NCBI GenBank assembly: GCA_964202905.1
Contig: CAXNJO010000001.1
Location: 384,001 to 448,000 of the forward strand
Reading direction: 5' to 3'
Length of the DNA: 64,000 bases
Origin: Polyangiales bacterium
GTDB lineage: Bacteria; Myxococcota_A; Polyangia; Polyangiales; JADJQN01
Shown here piece after piece: positions 10,359 to 20,430 of this stretch. Numbering within the stretch: the stretch's first letter is position 1; every line of letters begins with the position of its first letter. A program made the translations under genes and the position numbers. The notes beneath the pieces were generated by a model. That model saw nothing but the letters and a program-made list of their open reading frames with translations. It was not told the origin of the DNA and made no database searches.

Positions 10359-11555
10359 ATGTCCAAGCAGGAAGCCTCGCCGGTCGCAAAACTCGAGAAG
10401 CTCACCACCGGCCACGGCGCGCTCGAGCCCGGCAAAGGCCTCGCGAGCGGCGTCGTCGCCCTCTGCCTCGCGGTCCTCGCGCTGCTCGCGGTCATCGCCT
10501 TCCACTTCCCCGCGTACACGAGCACGCCCGAGTTCCGGAAGGTCTACGACGTCGGCACGCTGCGCGTCGTGCTCTTCGTGGTGATGCTCGTGTCGGGCGT
10601 CATCTCCGTGTTCAACAGCGTCTTCGGCCGCGCGCGCTGGCTCTCGCTCACGGCCTTCGCGGTGCTCGCGGTCGCGCAGCTGCTCGGCGGCGCGACGGTG
10701 CCGGTGGGCGACTTCGCGGATCACACGCCGTACATCGGCCTCGATTTCCTGCTGCTCGATCTGCTCGGCTCGACGCTGCTCTTCGTCTTCCTCGAGAAGC
10801 TCTTCCCGCTGCGGCGCGAGCAGCCCGTGTTCCGCCCCGAGTGGCAGGTCGATCTGCAGCATTTCCTGCTCAATCACCTCTCGGTCGGCCTCGTGCTCGT
10901 CGTGGTGAACCGGGCCGTACACGCCGCGTTCTCGTGGGCCGAGAGCGACACGGTGCAGCACTTCGTCTCGACGATCCCCTTCGTTTTGCAGCTTTTTCTC
11001 TGCATCCTCGCCGCCGACCTCGTGCAGTACTGGCTGCACCGCGCCTACCACGAGGTGGGCTTCCTCTGGCGCTTCCACTCGGTGCACCACAGCGCGAAGG
11101 CGATGGACTGGCTCGCGGGCTCGCGGCAGCACCTGCTCGAGCTGATCGTCACGCGCATCCTCGTGCTCGCGCCGATCTTCGTGCTGGGTTTCTCGCAGCG
11201 CGTCGTCGACGCCTACGTGCTCGTCGTGGGCTTTCAGGCCGTGTTCAACCACGCCAACGTGAGCGCGCGGCTCGGGCCGCTGCGCTACGTGCTCGTGACG
11301 CCCAACTTCCACCACTGGCACCACTCGCGCGACACCGAGGCGATCGACAAGAACTACGCCGCGCACTTCGCCTTCCTCGACTACCTCTTCGGCACCGCCG
11401 TCACGGCCGACCGCAAGTGGCCCGATCGCTACGGCGTCATCGGCGACTACGTGCCCGCGAACCTGCTCGGGCAGATCGCGTTCCCGTTCACCGGTTCCAC
11501 GGAGAGCCGCGAAGAGCGCCGCGCCTCGCGCGCACCGATGCCGCCGGGCGCGTGA
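10359..11555 (+). CDS. Sterol desaturase / fatty acid hydroxylase superfamily membrane protein
   Basis: Multiple TM helices and His boxes YWLHRAYH, FHSVHHS, FNHAN, FHHWHH. Confidence 0.9.
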   Translation: MSKQEASPVAKLEKLTTGHGALEPGKGLASGVVALCLAVLALLAVIAFHFPAYTSTPEFRKVYDVGTLRVVLFVVMLVSGVISVFNSVFGRARWLSLTAFAVLAVAQLLGGATVPVGDFADHTPYIGLDFLLLDLLGSTLLFVFLEKLFPLRREQPVFRPEWQVDLQHFLLNHLSVGLVLVVVNRAVHAAFSWAESDTVQHFVSTIPFVLQLFLCILAADLVQYWLHRAYHEVGFLWRFHSVHHSAKAMDWLAGSRQHLLELIVTRILVLAPIFVLGFSQRVVDAYVLVVGFQAVFNHANVSARLGPLRYVLVTPNFHHWHHSRDTEAIDKNYAAHFAFLDYLFGTAVTADRKWPDRYGVIGDYVPANLLGQIAFPFTGSTESREERRASRAPMPPGA

Positions 11556-11591
11556 TCGCACCGCGCGCGTCGCGTGCGCAGGGCGCGCCGC

Positions 11592-12635
11592 TCAGGTCGC
11601 GAGCCAGCGCGCGAGCTCGCCCGTGACGAAGCGCGGCGCGGTGCGCAGCGCGGCGAGATCCTTCGCGCCGACGAGCACCATCACCGCGCGCAGCGTCTGC
11701 TCGACGCCGTCGAGGAAGGCGTCCGCCCCCTCGCGCCCGCCCGCCGTCAGCGCCTGCAGACACGGCCGCGCGATGCCGCCCGCGCTCGCGCCGAGCGCGA
11801 TGGCCTTCGCCACGTCGAGCCCCGTCTTGAGCCCGCCCGTCGCGATCACGGTGAGGTCTTCGCGTGCGACCAGCCCGACGGACGCGGCCGTCGGGATGCC
11901 CCAGTCCCACAGCACCTCACCGAGCGCCTTCGCCGCGCCCGACGCGCGCAGCGTCTCGACGCCCACCCACGAGGTGCCGCCCGCGCCGCTCACATCCACG
12001 TGCCGCACGCCGCACGCGCGCAGCTTCCGCGCGAGCTCGGCGCTCACGCCGTTCCCCGTCTCCTTGGCGATGACCGGGACGGGCAGCTCGCGCACGAGCC
12101 GCTCGAAGGTCGCGAAACCACCGCGGAAATCGCGATCGCCGCCCGGCTGCACGAGCTCCTGCGCGGGGTTCATGTGCACGCAGAGCGCGTCGGCGCCGAT
12201 GTCGCCGAGCATCTGCGCGATCTGCGCGCTCTCCCAGTCGCGCGCCTGCACCACGCCCACGTTGCCGAAGACGAGCGTCGTCGGTGCGGCCTCGCGGATC
12301 TGGTACGTCCACGCGGTGTCGGGCCGCCGCACCATCGCGCGCTGGCTGCCGAGGCCGAACGCGTAGCCGCGCGCCTCCGCGACCGCCGCGAGCTCGCGGT
12401 TGATCTGCGCCGCGCGCTCGGTGCCGCCCGTCATCGACGCGATCACGATCGGCGCGCGCAGCCGCTTGCCGAGCAACGTGAGCGAGGTGTCGACCTCGTC
12501 GGCGTGCACCTCGGGGAGCGACTGGTGCACGAGCCGCACGTCCTCGAAGAGCGTGGTGCGCTCGCGGAAGGCGACGGCGTCCGTCGCGCACAGGTCGAGG
12601 TGGTCTTCCTTGCGCCGTTGGAGGTCGGTGCTCAT
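11592..12635 (-). CDS. fni: Type 2 (FMN-dependent) isopentenyl-diphosphate delta-isomerase
   Basis: RRKEDHL, SMTGG, GLGSQR, HMNPAQE, KETGNG, GAGGTSW and WGIPTA. Confidence 0.95.
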   Translation of the reverse strand: MSTDLQRRKEDHLDLCATDAVAFRERTTLFEDVRLVHQSLPEVHADEVDTSLTLLGKRLRAPIVIASMTGGTERAAQINRELAAVAEARGYAFGLGSQRAMVRRPDTAWTYQIREAAPTTLVFGNVGVVQARDWESAQIAQMLGDIGADALCVHMNPAQELVQPGGDRDFRGGFATFERLVRELPVPVIAKETGNGVSAELARKLRACGVRHVDVSGAGGTSWVGVETLRASGAAKALGEVLWDWGIPTAASVGLVAREDLTVIATGGLKTGLDVAKAIALGASAGGIARPCLQALTAGGREGADAFLDGVEQTLRAVMVLVGAKDLAALRTAPRFVTGELARWLAT

Positions 12636-12725
12636 GATGGCCGCCGCCTTGTAGGACCGCCGGCGCACACGGGCAATCAGCTGCGCGCGACGGGTCTTGC
12701 TGGCCGGAACGACGGAGCAGCGCGC

Positions 12726-13754
12726 ATGGAGTGGATGGCGGAGGTGCGGTCGCGCGTGGACGCGCGGCTCGCGCAGTACCTGAGCGACAAGCACGCATCC
12801 GCGGCGCGGCTCGGCGAGGACGCCGCCGTGCTCGTCGACGCGGTGCGCGGCCTCACGATGCGTGGCGGCAAGCGCCTCCGACCGGCCGTGATCGTCGCGA
12901 CCTACGACGCCGTGCGCGGCGACGACGCGCCCGACGACCTCACGCCCACGCTCGACGTGTGCGCCGCGCTCGAGGTGCTGCAGACGTACCTCCTCATCCA
13001 CGACGATTGGATGGATGGCGACGCCGAGCGGCGCGGCGGCCCCTCCGTGCACACCGCGCTCGCAGCGCGCTACGGCAGCACGCACCTCGGCGCCGCCGTC
13101 GCCGTGCTCGCAGGCGATCTCGCGTCCGCCTATGCCTGGGAGCTGCTTTGCCGGGCCACCTTCCCCGAAGGCCGCCTCGGCGACGCCATCACGGCCTTCC
13201 GCGTCATGCAGGAGGAGGTCGTCATCGGACAGCACCTCGACCTGCTGGGCGCCGCAGACGTATCACTGATGCAACATCTCAAGACGGGCAGCTACACGGT
13301 GCGCGGGCCCCTCGCGCTCGGTGCGCTGCTGGGCGGGGCGCGCCCGGAGCATGTATCGAGCTTGAATCTGTTCGGCGATCCGCTCGGGGTGGCCTTCCAG
13401 CTCCGCGACGATCTGCTCGGCACGTTCGGCGACCCGCGCACGACGGGCAAGCCCGCCGGCAACGACCTTCGCGCGGGCAAGCGCACGGCGCTCGTCGCCG
13501 CGGCCGAGCGCCTGCTCGAGCGCGACGCGCGCGGGCCGCTCGACGCGGTGCTCGGGCGCGCGGACGCGAGCAGCGCGGACGTCGAGGCGGCGACGCGGCT
13601 CCTCGAGACGTCGGGCGCGCGCGCGGACGTCGAGGCGCAGCTCGTCGCGCACCGGCGCGCGGCGCGGGAGGCCCTCGCGGCGGCGCCCATCTCGGAGCGC
13701 GGCCGGGCGCGGCTCACCGACCTGCTCGCGCTGCTCACCGAGCGGGATCACTGA
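12726..13754 (+). CDS. Trans-polyprenyl diphosphate synthase (short chain, GGPP/FPP synthase-like)
   Basis: GGKRLRP, first Asp-rich motif YLLIHDDWMD...RRG, GQHLD, KTGSYT, and second motif FQLRDDLL. Confidence 0.92.
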   Translation: MEWMAEVRSRVDARLAQYLSDKHASAARLGEDAAVLVDAVRGLTMRGGKRLRPAVIVATYDAVRGDDAPDDLTPTLDVCAALEVLQTYLLIHDDWMDGDAERRGGPSVHTALAARYGSTHLGAAVAVLAGDLASAYAWELLCRATFPEGRLGDAITAFRVMQEEVVIGQHLDLLGAADVSLMQHLKTGSYTVRGPLALGALLGGARPEHVSSLNLFGDPLGVAFQLRDDLLGTFGDPRTTGKPAGNDLRAGKRTALVAAAERLLERDARGPLDAVLGRADASSADVEAATRLLETSGARADVEAQLVAHRRAAREALAAAPISERGRARLTDLLALLTERDH

Positions 13755-13758
13755 CCCC

Positions 13759-14694
13759 ATGGCGCAGGCGTCCGGCAAGGTCATCCTGCTCGGCGAGCAC
13801 GCCGTCGTGTACGGGCACCCGGCGATCGCCGCGGGCCTCTCACGCGGCGTGACGGCGGAGGCCTCCCCGACGCCCGGCGCGCTCGACACGCTGTACGTGC
13901 GTCCCTGGGACGTGACGTTGGAGCTCCCCGCGGAGGGGCCCGGCGACGACGCGCCGCCGCTCGCGCGGGCCTTCGGCGAGGCGCTCGCGGGGCGCGACCC
14001 GGGCCGTCCGCGCGTGCGCGTCGAGGCCACCGTGGCGATCCCCGGCGGCAGCGGGCTCGGCTGCTCCGCGGCGCTCGGTGTCGCCGTGATCCGCGCCCTC
14101 GACGACGCCCTCGGCGCGTCGCACGACGCCGCCTCGCTGCTCGCGCGCTCCCTGCGCTGGGAGCGGGTGTTCCACGGGCAGCCATCGGGCGTCGACAACG
14201 CGATGGCGGCGTCGGGCGGGCTCGGCTGGTACGTGAAGGGAGAGCCGCTCACGCCGATCCGCGCACGCACGCCGCTGCACCTGGTCGTCGGCGACAGCGG
14301 CGAGTCGAGCGCCACCCGCGCCACCGTCGAGGCGATCGCGCGGCTGCACGCGCGCGCGCCCGACAAGACCTCGCAGACCATGGCCGCGATCGGGTCGATC
14401 GCGCGGAACGGGCGGCTCGCGATCGAGGCCGGCGACGCCCGGGCGCTCGGCCAGCTGATGGACATGAACCAGTGGTTGCTCGCGGCGCTCATGCTCTCGA
14501 CGCCGCGCCTCGAGGAGATGTGCGCGACCGCGCGCGCGGCCGGCGCACTCGGCGCGAAGCTCACGGGCGGCGGTGGAGGCGGCTGCATGATCGCGCTGTG
14601 CGCCGACGAGGCGGCCGCCGAGCGGGTGCGCGCCGCGCTCGTCGGGCTCGGCCGCGAGGCGTTCCAGGTGACCGTCGCGGGCGACGCGCCATGA
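13759..14694 (+). CDS. mvk: Mevalonate kinase
   Basis: GKVILLGEHAVVYG, IPGGSGLGCSAA, HGQPSGVDN and GAKLTGGGGGGC. Confidence 0.92.
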   Translation: MAQASGKVILLGEHAVVYGHPAIAAGLSRGVTAEASPTPGALDTLYVRPWDVTLELPAEGPGDDAPPLARAFGEALAGRDPGRPRVRVEATVAIPGGSGLGCSAALGVAVIRALDDALGASHDAASLLARSLRWERVFHGQPSGVDNAMAASGGLGWYVKGEPLTPIRARTPLHLVVGDSGESSATRATVEAIARLHARAPDKTSQTMAAIGSIARNGRLAIEAGDARALGQLMDMNQWLLAALMLSTPRLEEMCATARAAGALGAKLTGGGGGGCMIALCADEAAAERVRAALVGLGREAFQVTVAGDAP

Positions 14695-15677
14695 GCGGAG
14701 GCACCGCGCGCGCGGTCGCCCGCGCGAACATCGCGCTCGCGAAGTACTGGGGCAAGAGCGATGTCGCGCTCAACCTGCCCGCGGTGCCGAGCCTCTCGAT
14801 CACGCTCGACCCGCTCACGACGGAGACCACCGTCACGCTCGAGCGCGGCCTCGAGCGCGACGTGCTGGTCCTCGGCGGACGCGTCGCGGGGCCGACGGAA
14901 ACGGGCCGCGCCGCGCGCCTGCTCGACGGGCTCCGCGCCCGCAGCGGCGAGACGCGCTTCGCCCGCGTCGAGAGCGTCAACCACTTCCCGACGGCGAGCG
15001 GGCTCGCGTCGAGCGCCTCGGGTTTCGCCGCGCTCGCGGGCGCCGCGCAGGCCGCGATGGGCCTCGCGCTCGACGCCGCGGACATCAGCGCGATCGCGCG
15101 GCAGGCGAGCGCCTCGGCCGCGCGCAGCGTGTACGCGGGCTTCGTCGAGCTGCAGGCCGGGGTCCCCGGCGACGCGCGACTCGCCGCGCGGCCGCTGCAC
15201 CCGGCCGCGTTCTGGGACGTGCGCATCGTCGTGGCGGTCGCCGACGAGGGCCCCAAGGGGACGGGCTCGACCGACGGCATGGAGCACACGCGCCGGACCT
15301 CGCCGTACTACGACGCGTGGGTCGCCGCGGCGCCGGCGCTCGCGGACGCGGTGCGGGACGGACTCGCGGCGCGCGACCTGACGCGCGTCGGCGAGGCGAT
15401 GGAGCAGAGCACCCTCGCCTTCCACGCGTGCGCGATGGCCGCGGGCCCCGCGGTGCTCTACCTGCAGCCCGTGACCCTCGCCGCGCTCGCGACGGTGCGG
15501 AGGCTCCGCGCGGAGGGCGTGCCGGTCTACGCCACGATGGACGCGGGCCCCCACGTGAAGGCGCTCTGCGCGGCCGAGGATGCGCCGCGTGTCGCCGAGG
15601 CGCTCGGCGCGACCCCGGGCGTGCTGCGCACCCTGCTCGCCTCGCCGGGCAGCGGGCTCCTCGTGGACGATCGGTGA
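14691..15677 (+). CDS. mvaD: Diphosphomevalonate decarboxylase
   Basis: NIALAKYWGK, NHFPTASGLASSASGFAAL, SASAARS and TMDAGPHVK. ATGA overlap with mvk. Confidence 0.93.
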   Translation: MSGGTARAVARANIALAKYWGKSDVALNLPAVPSLSITLDPLTTETTVTLERGLERDVLVLGGRVAGPTETGRAARLLDGLRARSGETRFARVESVNHFPTASGLASSASGFAALAGAAQAAMGLALDAADISAIARQASASAARSVYAGFVELQAGVPGDARLAARPLHPAAFWDVRIVVAVADEGPKGTGSTDGMEHTRRTSPYYDAWVAAAPALADAVRDGLAARDLTRVGEAMEQSTLAFHACAMAAGPAVLYLQPVTLAALATVRRLRAEGVPVYATMDAGPHVKALCAAEDAPRVAEALGATPGVLRTLLASPGSGLLVDDR

Positions 15678-15765
15678 TGTGTCTTGATCGATACTTCCCG
15701 CCGACGCGGGGACGTTTGGTGCATGGCGCTCGCATGACGGGATCCGCACGCAGCGGGGCGCGGCC

Positions 15766-16776
15766 ATGAGCACGCCGCGCGGCGCGAGCGCGCCCGGGAA
15801 GCTCATGATTTCGGGCGAGTACGTCGTGCTCGACGGCGCGGTCGCCGTCGTCGCGGCGGCGGATGCGCGGGCGCAGGTCTGGTGGCCTGGCGCCGCGGAA
15901 ACGTCGGGGATCCAGGCGCGGGGGACGGCGACGGGCGCGCTGCCCCCCGAGGTCGCCGCGACGCGCGTGATCGCGGAGGCGCAGCTTGGCGTGACGGCGA
16001 GCACGTCCGACGACCCACTGCGGCTCGATGTATCGGCGCTGAGACGCGGCGATCGCAAGCTCGGGCTGGGCTCCTCGGCGGCGGCCGCGGCGGCGACCGC
16101 GGGGGCCGTCTTCGCCCGCGCCGGGCGGTCCCTCGAGGACGCCGACACGCGGCGCGCGCTGCTCGAGATCGCGCTCGAGGGGCACCGGAGCGTCGCCCCC
16201 GAGGGCAGCGGCGCCGACGTCGCGGCCTCCGTGCTCGGCGGCCTGGTGCGCTTTCAGCGGGATCCGGCGAGCGGTGCGGTGCGCGAGGCCGCGTCTATCG
16301 CGCTGCCGCCCGGCGCGCACCTGCGCGTGGTTTGGACGGGCCGCGAGGCGCGGACGAGCGAGCTCGTGCGGCGCGTGCGGGCGCTCGCGGCGACGGCGCC
16401 GGGTCTGTACGCCCGGGCGATGGGCGCGCTCGGCGAGGCGGCGGCGCGGATGGCCGAGGCGTTCGTGCAGGCCGACGCGCGAGCGCTGTTGGAGGCGGTC
16501 GCCGCGCACCACGCCGCGATGGCCGCGCTCGGGGAGGCGGCCGGGGCGCCCATCGTCGAGGACGGGCTGCGGCGCGCGGCGACGCTCGCGGGCGCGCACG
16601 GCGGCGCCGCGAAGCCCTCGGGCGCGGGCGGCGGCGACGTCGCGCTGGCGTTCTTCGACGACGCCGCGGCCGCGGACGCGTTCGAGCAGGCGTGCGCGGC
16701 CCACGGCCTCGAGCCTGTCGACGTCGCGCTCGGCGCGCCGGGTGTCCGCGCGGAGCCCGCCGCGCCGCGCGGCTGA
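15766..16776 (+). CDS. GHMP kinase, probable phosphomevalonate kinase
   Basis: APGKLMISGEYVVL, KLGLGSSAA, GSGADVAAS and KPSGAGGGD. Lies between mvaD and HMG-CoA reductase. Confidence 0.85.
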   Translation: MSTPRGASAPGKLMISGEYVVLDGAVAVVAAADARAQVWWPGAAETSGIQARGTATGALPPEVAATRVIAEAQLGVTASTSDDPLRLDVSALRRGDRKLGLGSSAAAAAATAGAVFARAGRSLEDADTRRALLEIALEGHRSVAPEGSGADVAASVLGGLVRFQRDPASGAVREAASIALPPGAHLRVVWTGREARTSELVRRVRALAATAPGLYARAMGALGEAAARMAEAFVQADARALLEAVAAHHAAMAALGEAAGAPIVEDGLRRAATLAGAHGGAAKPSGAGGGDVALAFFDDAAAADAFEQACAAHGLEPVDVALGAPGVRAEPAAPRG

Positions 16777-16917
16777 CGCGGAGCGTCACCGTTCACCCCG
16801 CGGGGCGCGCCGCTCGCTGCACGCGGACGACGGCTCGGCCCCCCCGTCGGGCGGCTCACCGAAAATCGCCCCCGGCTGCCGTGGTCGCCTGCTACCTCCG
16901 GCCCGAGACTTCGCCCC

Positions 16918-18222
16918 ATGACCAACTCGCGCTTGCCCGGGTTCTACAAGCTGTCCGTCGAAGAGCGCCGCCGCGTGGCCGCCGAGGCGCTCGGTGTCGA
17001 CGTCGCCGACCTCGCGCGGGCGCTCGGTGGCGGCGGCATGGACTGCGCCACCGCGGACAAATCCGTCGAGAACGTCATCGGCATGTACGCCCTGCCCTTC
17101 GCGGTCGGGCTGAACCTGCAGATCAACGGCCGCGATCACCTCGCGCCGATGGTCGTCGAGGAGCCGTCGGTGGTCGCCGCGGCCTCGAACGCGGCGCGCA
17201 TCGTGCGTGCTGGCGGCGGATTCCAGGCCGAGACCGACGCGCCGATCATGATCGCGCAGGTGCAGCTCGACGAGGTCCGTGACCCGGCCGCGGCCACCGC
17301 GGCCATCCTCGCCGAGCGCGCGACGATCCTCGCGGAGGCCGACGCCTCCGTGCCCGGGCTGGTCGCACGGGGCGGCGGCGCGCGGGACCTCGAGGTCCGC
17401 GACCTCGGCGACGGCATGCTCGTCGTGCACGTCCTCGTCGACTGCCGCGACGCGATGGGCGCGAACCTCGTGAACACCATCGCCGAGGAAGTCGCGCCGC
17501 GCATCGCGCACCTCGCCGGAGGCCGCATCGGGCTGCGCATCCTGTCGAACCTCGCCGACCGGCGCTGCGTGCGCGTGCGCGCATCGATCCCCGTCGAGGC
17601 GCTCGCGTTCGAGGGGCGCAGCGGCGAGAGCGTGCGCGACGGCATCGTGCGGGCGTCGCGCTTCGCCGAGAAGGATCCGTACCGCGCCGCGACGCACAAC
17701 AAGGGCGTCATGAACGGCGTCGACGCGGTGGTCATCGCGACGGGCAACGACTGGCGCGCGGTCGAGGCCGGCGCGCACGCCTACGCGGCGCGCAACGGGC
17801 GCTACGAGCCGCTCTGCACCTGGCGCGTCGGCGACGACGGCTCGCTCGTCGGCGAGCTCGCGATGCCCCTCTCGCTCGGCATCGTCGGCGGCCCGATCCG
17901 CATCCACGGCGGCGCGCGCCTCGGCCTCGCGATGACGGGCGTCGCGTCGGCGAGCGAGCTCGCGATGCTCGTCGGCTGCGTCGGCATGGCCTCGAACCTC
18001 GCCGCGCTGCGCGCGCTCGCGACGGACGGCATCCAGCGCGGCCACATGCTGCTGCACGCCCGCACGGTGGCGATCGCGGTCGGCGCGCGCGGACCGCAGG
18101 TCGAGGCCATCGCGGCCACCATCCACGCGCGCGGCAACGTCACGCTCGACGCCGCGCGCGAGGCGCTCTCCCGCCTGGTCGCGACGCAGGGCGACGCGGC
18201 GCTCACGCTCGGCGGCGAGTAG
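16918..18222 (+). CDS. mvaA: Class II HMG-CoA reductase
   Basis: ENVIG, EEPSVVAAAS, DAMGANLVNT, RAATHNKG, GNDWRA and GIQRGHM. Confidence 0.95.
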   Translation: MTNSRLPGFYKLSVEERRRVAAEALGVDVADLARALGGGGMDCATADKSVENVIGMYALPFAVGLNLQINGRDHLAPMVVEEPSVVAAASNAARIVRAGGGFQAETDAPIMIAQVQLDEVRDPAAATAAILAERATILAEADASVPGLVARGGGARDLEVRDLGDGMLVVHVLVDCRDAMGANLVNTIAEEVAPRIAHLAGGRIGLRILSNLADRRCVRVRASIPVEALAFEGRSGESVRDGIVRASRFAEKDPYRAATHNKGVMNGVDAVVIATGNDWRAVEAGAHAYAARNGRYEPLCTWRVGDDGSLVGELAMPLSLGIVGGPIRIHGGARLGLAMTGVASASELAMLVGCVGMASNLAALRALATDGIQRGHMLLHARTVAIAVGARGPQVEAIAATIHARGNVTLDAAREALSRLVATQGDAALTLGGE

Positions 18223-18423
18223 GCGCCGCGGTCCTGCGCATCGCCCATGCGACGGGCCTGAACGCCCGCGCGAAGTCAGACGCGTGCCCGTGACTCCGCG
18301 CGTCGACGCGGGCGCGCTCCACGGTGAATTTTCGCCTCGCCGCAAGCCCGCGCGGCGTGCGGTGCGGTGGGCGCGATGTAAGCTGCGCCCCGCTGCGCGA
18401 CGCGCGCGCGGGGGAGCCGACGC

Positions 18424-18984
18424 ATGCTGTTTTACGGATACGTGTTTGCGCTCATCGCCGGGGGCATCCTCCTCGGCGCCTCGGTTGTCCTCGGCGGGGG
18501 CGGGCACGACGCGGACGTGCACGCGCAGGGCGAGGTCCACGACGCGGACAGCGAGCTCGCGGCGAGCGCCTTCGGGGCGCTCTCGATGTTGGTGTCGCTT
18601 CGATTCTGGACGTTTTTTCTCGCGTTTTTCGGGCTCACGGGTGTGGTGCTCACGCTCTTCGAGCTCGCCCCCGCGTGGGTCACTGGGCTCGCGGCCGCCG
18701 GGATGGGCGCCGCGGCCGGGGTGGGCGCCGCGCTCGTCGTGCGCAAACTCTCCGGCCGCGACTCGAACAGCGCGGCGAGCTCGGCGGACTACGTCGGCAA
18801 GACGGCGCAGGTGATGGTGCCCGTCGGCCCCGCGCAGCTCGGCCGCGTGCGCCTCACGCTGAGGGGAAGCACGGTCGACGTCCTCGCCGCGACGGACGAC
18901 GCGCAGCCCTTCGCGACCGGCGAGGAGGTCCTCGTCGTCGAGATGGACGGAACGACGGCGCGCGTCGCGCGCCTCGAGCGTTAG
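18424..18984 (+). CDS. NfeD-like membrane protein (short, C-terminal OB fold)
   Basis: Hydrophobic N-terminal half, then YVGKTAQV...GRVRL...GEEVLVVE. Directly upstream of the SPFH genes. Confidence 0.8.
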   Translation: MLFYGYVFALIAGGILLGASVVLGGGGHDADVHAQGEVHDADSELAASAFGALSMLVSLRFWTFFLAFFGLTGVVLTLFELAPAWVTGLAAAGMGAAAGVGAALVVRKLSGRDSNSAASSADYVGKTAQVMVPVGPAQLGRVRLTLRGSTVDVLAATDDAQPFATGEEVLVVEMDGTTARVARLER

Positions 18985-19050
18985 GCGCGGGCACGGCCCG
19001 CAGGACTCCACGCGCGACCGGAGGGGTCGCGCTCGAAAGGGATCGACGCC

Positions 19051-20430
19051 ATGTCACAACCGTACAACCCCTACGGCGCGCCGTCTTCCGGCGTGCCCGA
19101 GATCCCCGAGGCGGGGGGCCTCGCTTCGTTCGTCGGGAGCGAGCAGACGCTCTGGGCCGTCGTCGCGATGGCCGTCGGCGTCGCCTTCGGGATTCTCCTG
19201 TTCGTCTGGATCGCGCGGCAATTCCTCTACATCGCGCGGCCCAATCAGGCGCTCATCTTCAGCGGCAAGAGCTACGAGTCCCCCGATGGCACGAAGCTCG
19301 GCTACCGCACCGTGACACAGGGTCGGCGCGCGTTTCGAATCCCGGTGCTCGAGCGCGTCGACACGATGGACATGCGCCTCGTGCCGATCGACGTGGTCGT
19401 GCAGAACGCCTACTCGATGGGGAACATCCCCTTGCAGATCCACGCGATCGCCAACGTGAAGATCAACGGCGATCCGCGCCTCCTGCCGAACGCGATCGAG
19501 CGCTTCCTCGGCCGCTCCATCCAGGAGGTGCAGACGGTCGCGCAGCAGACGCTCGAGGGCGCGCTCCGCGAGGTGCTCGCACGCATGACGCCCGAGGAAG
19601 TCAACGAAGACCGCCTCAAGTTCGCGGAGAACCTCGCGCACGCGGCCGAGGCCGACTTCGACAAGCTCGGCCTGCAGCTCGACACGCTGAAGATCCAGAA
19701 CGTCGCCGACGAGACGGGCTACCTCGACTCGCTCGGCCGCCCGCGCATCGCCGCCGCGCTCCGCGACGCGGAGAACGCCGAGAACCAGGCGATGCAGGAG
19801 ACCGCGCAGGCGCAGGCCACCGCGCAGCGACGCGCGGAGGTCGCGCGGGAGATCGGCGAGACCGCCGTCGCGCAGAAGCGCAACGAGGTGCGCCGCGTCA
19901 TGGCCGAGCTCGACGGCAACGCGACGGCCATCGAGCGCGAGGCGGAGGCCGCCGCGAAGACGGCGCGCGCCGAGGCGGAGAAAGACCTGCAAGCCATCCG
20001 CAACGAGCTCGAGCAGCGCCGCCTCCAGGCGGACGTCGTCATCCCCGCGGAGATCGAGCGGCAGGCGCGCGAGCTCCTCGCGAAGGGCGAGGCCGCGCCC
20101 ACCCTCGAGAACGGCGCCGCGCAGATCGAGGTGCTCCGCGCGATGAGCGACGCGTGGCGCTCCATGGGCGACAAGGCGAAGGAGCTCTACGTGATCCAGC
20201 ACCTCGACGAGATCGTGGGCACGGTGGTCACGCAGCTGCGCAACATCGAGGTCGGCGAGGTCAACGTGCTCGACCAAGGCGACGGGCGCGGGCTCTCGAG
20301 CTACGCGGCGAGCTACCCGCAGATGATCGCGGCGGTACTGCACGCGCTCCGCGAGACGACGGGCGTGGACGTCCCGGGGATCCTCGACGTCGATGGTCGG
20401 CGGGCCGACGCCGCGAAGGGGGGTGCGTGA
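19051..20430 (+). CDS. Flotillin-like SPFH domain protein 1
   Basis: TM helix, PNQALIFSG, IPVLERVD, AIERFLG, TLEGALR, LDTLKIQNVAD..GYL, and an Ala/Glu coiled coil. Confidence 0.92.
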   Translation: MSQPYNPYGAPSSGVPEIPEAGGLASFVGSEQTLWAVVAMAVGVAFGILLFVWIARQFLYIARPNQALIFSGKSYESPDGTKLGYRTVTQGRRAFRIPVLERVDTMDMRLVPIDVVVQNAYSMGNIPLQIHAIANVKINGDPRLLPNAIERFLGRSIQEVQTVAQQTLEGALREVLARMTPEEVNEDRLKFAENLAHAAEADFDKLGLQLDTLKIQNVADETGYLDSLGRPRIAAALRDAENAENQAMQETAQAQATAQRRAEVAREIGETAVAQKRNEVRRVMAELDGNATAIEREAEAAAKTARAEAEKDLQAIRNELEQRRLQADVVIPAEIERQARELLAKGEAAPTLENGAAQIEVLRAMSDAWRSMGDKAKELYVIQHLDEIVGTVVTQLRNIEVGEVNVLDQGDGRGLSSYAASYPQMIAAVLHALRETTGVDVPGILDVDGRRADAAKGGA

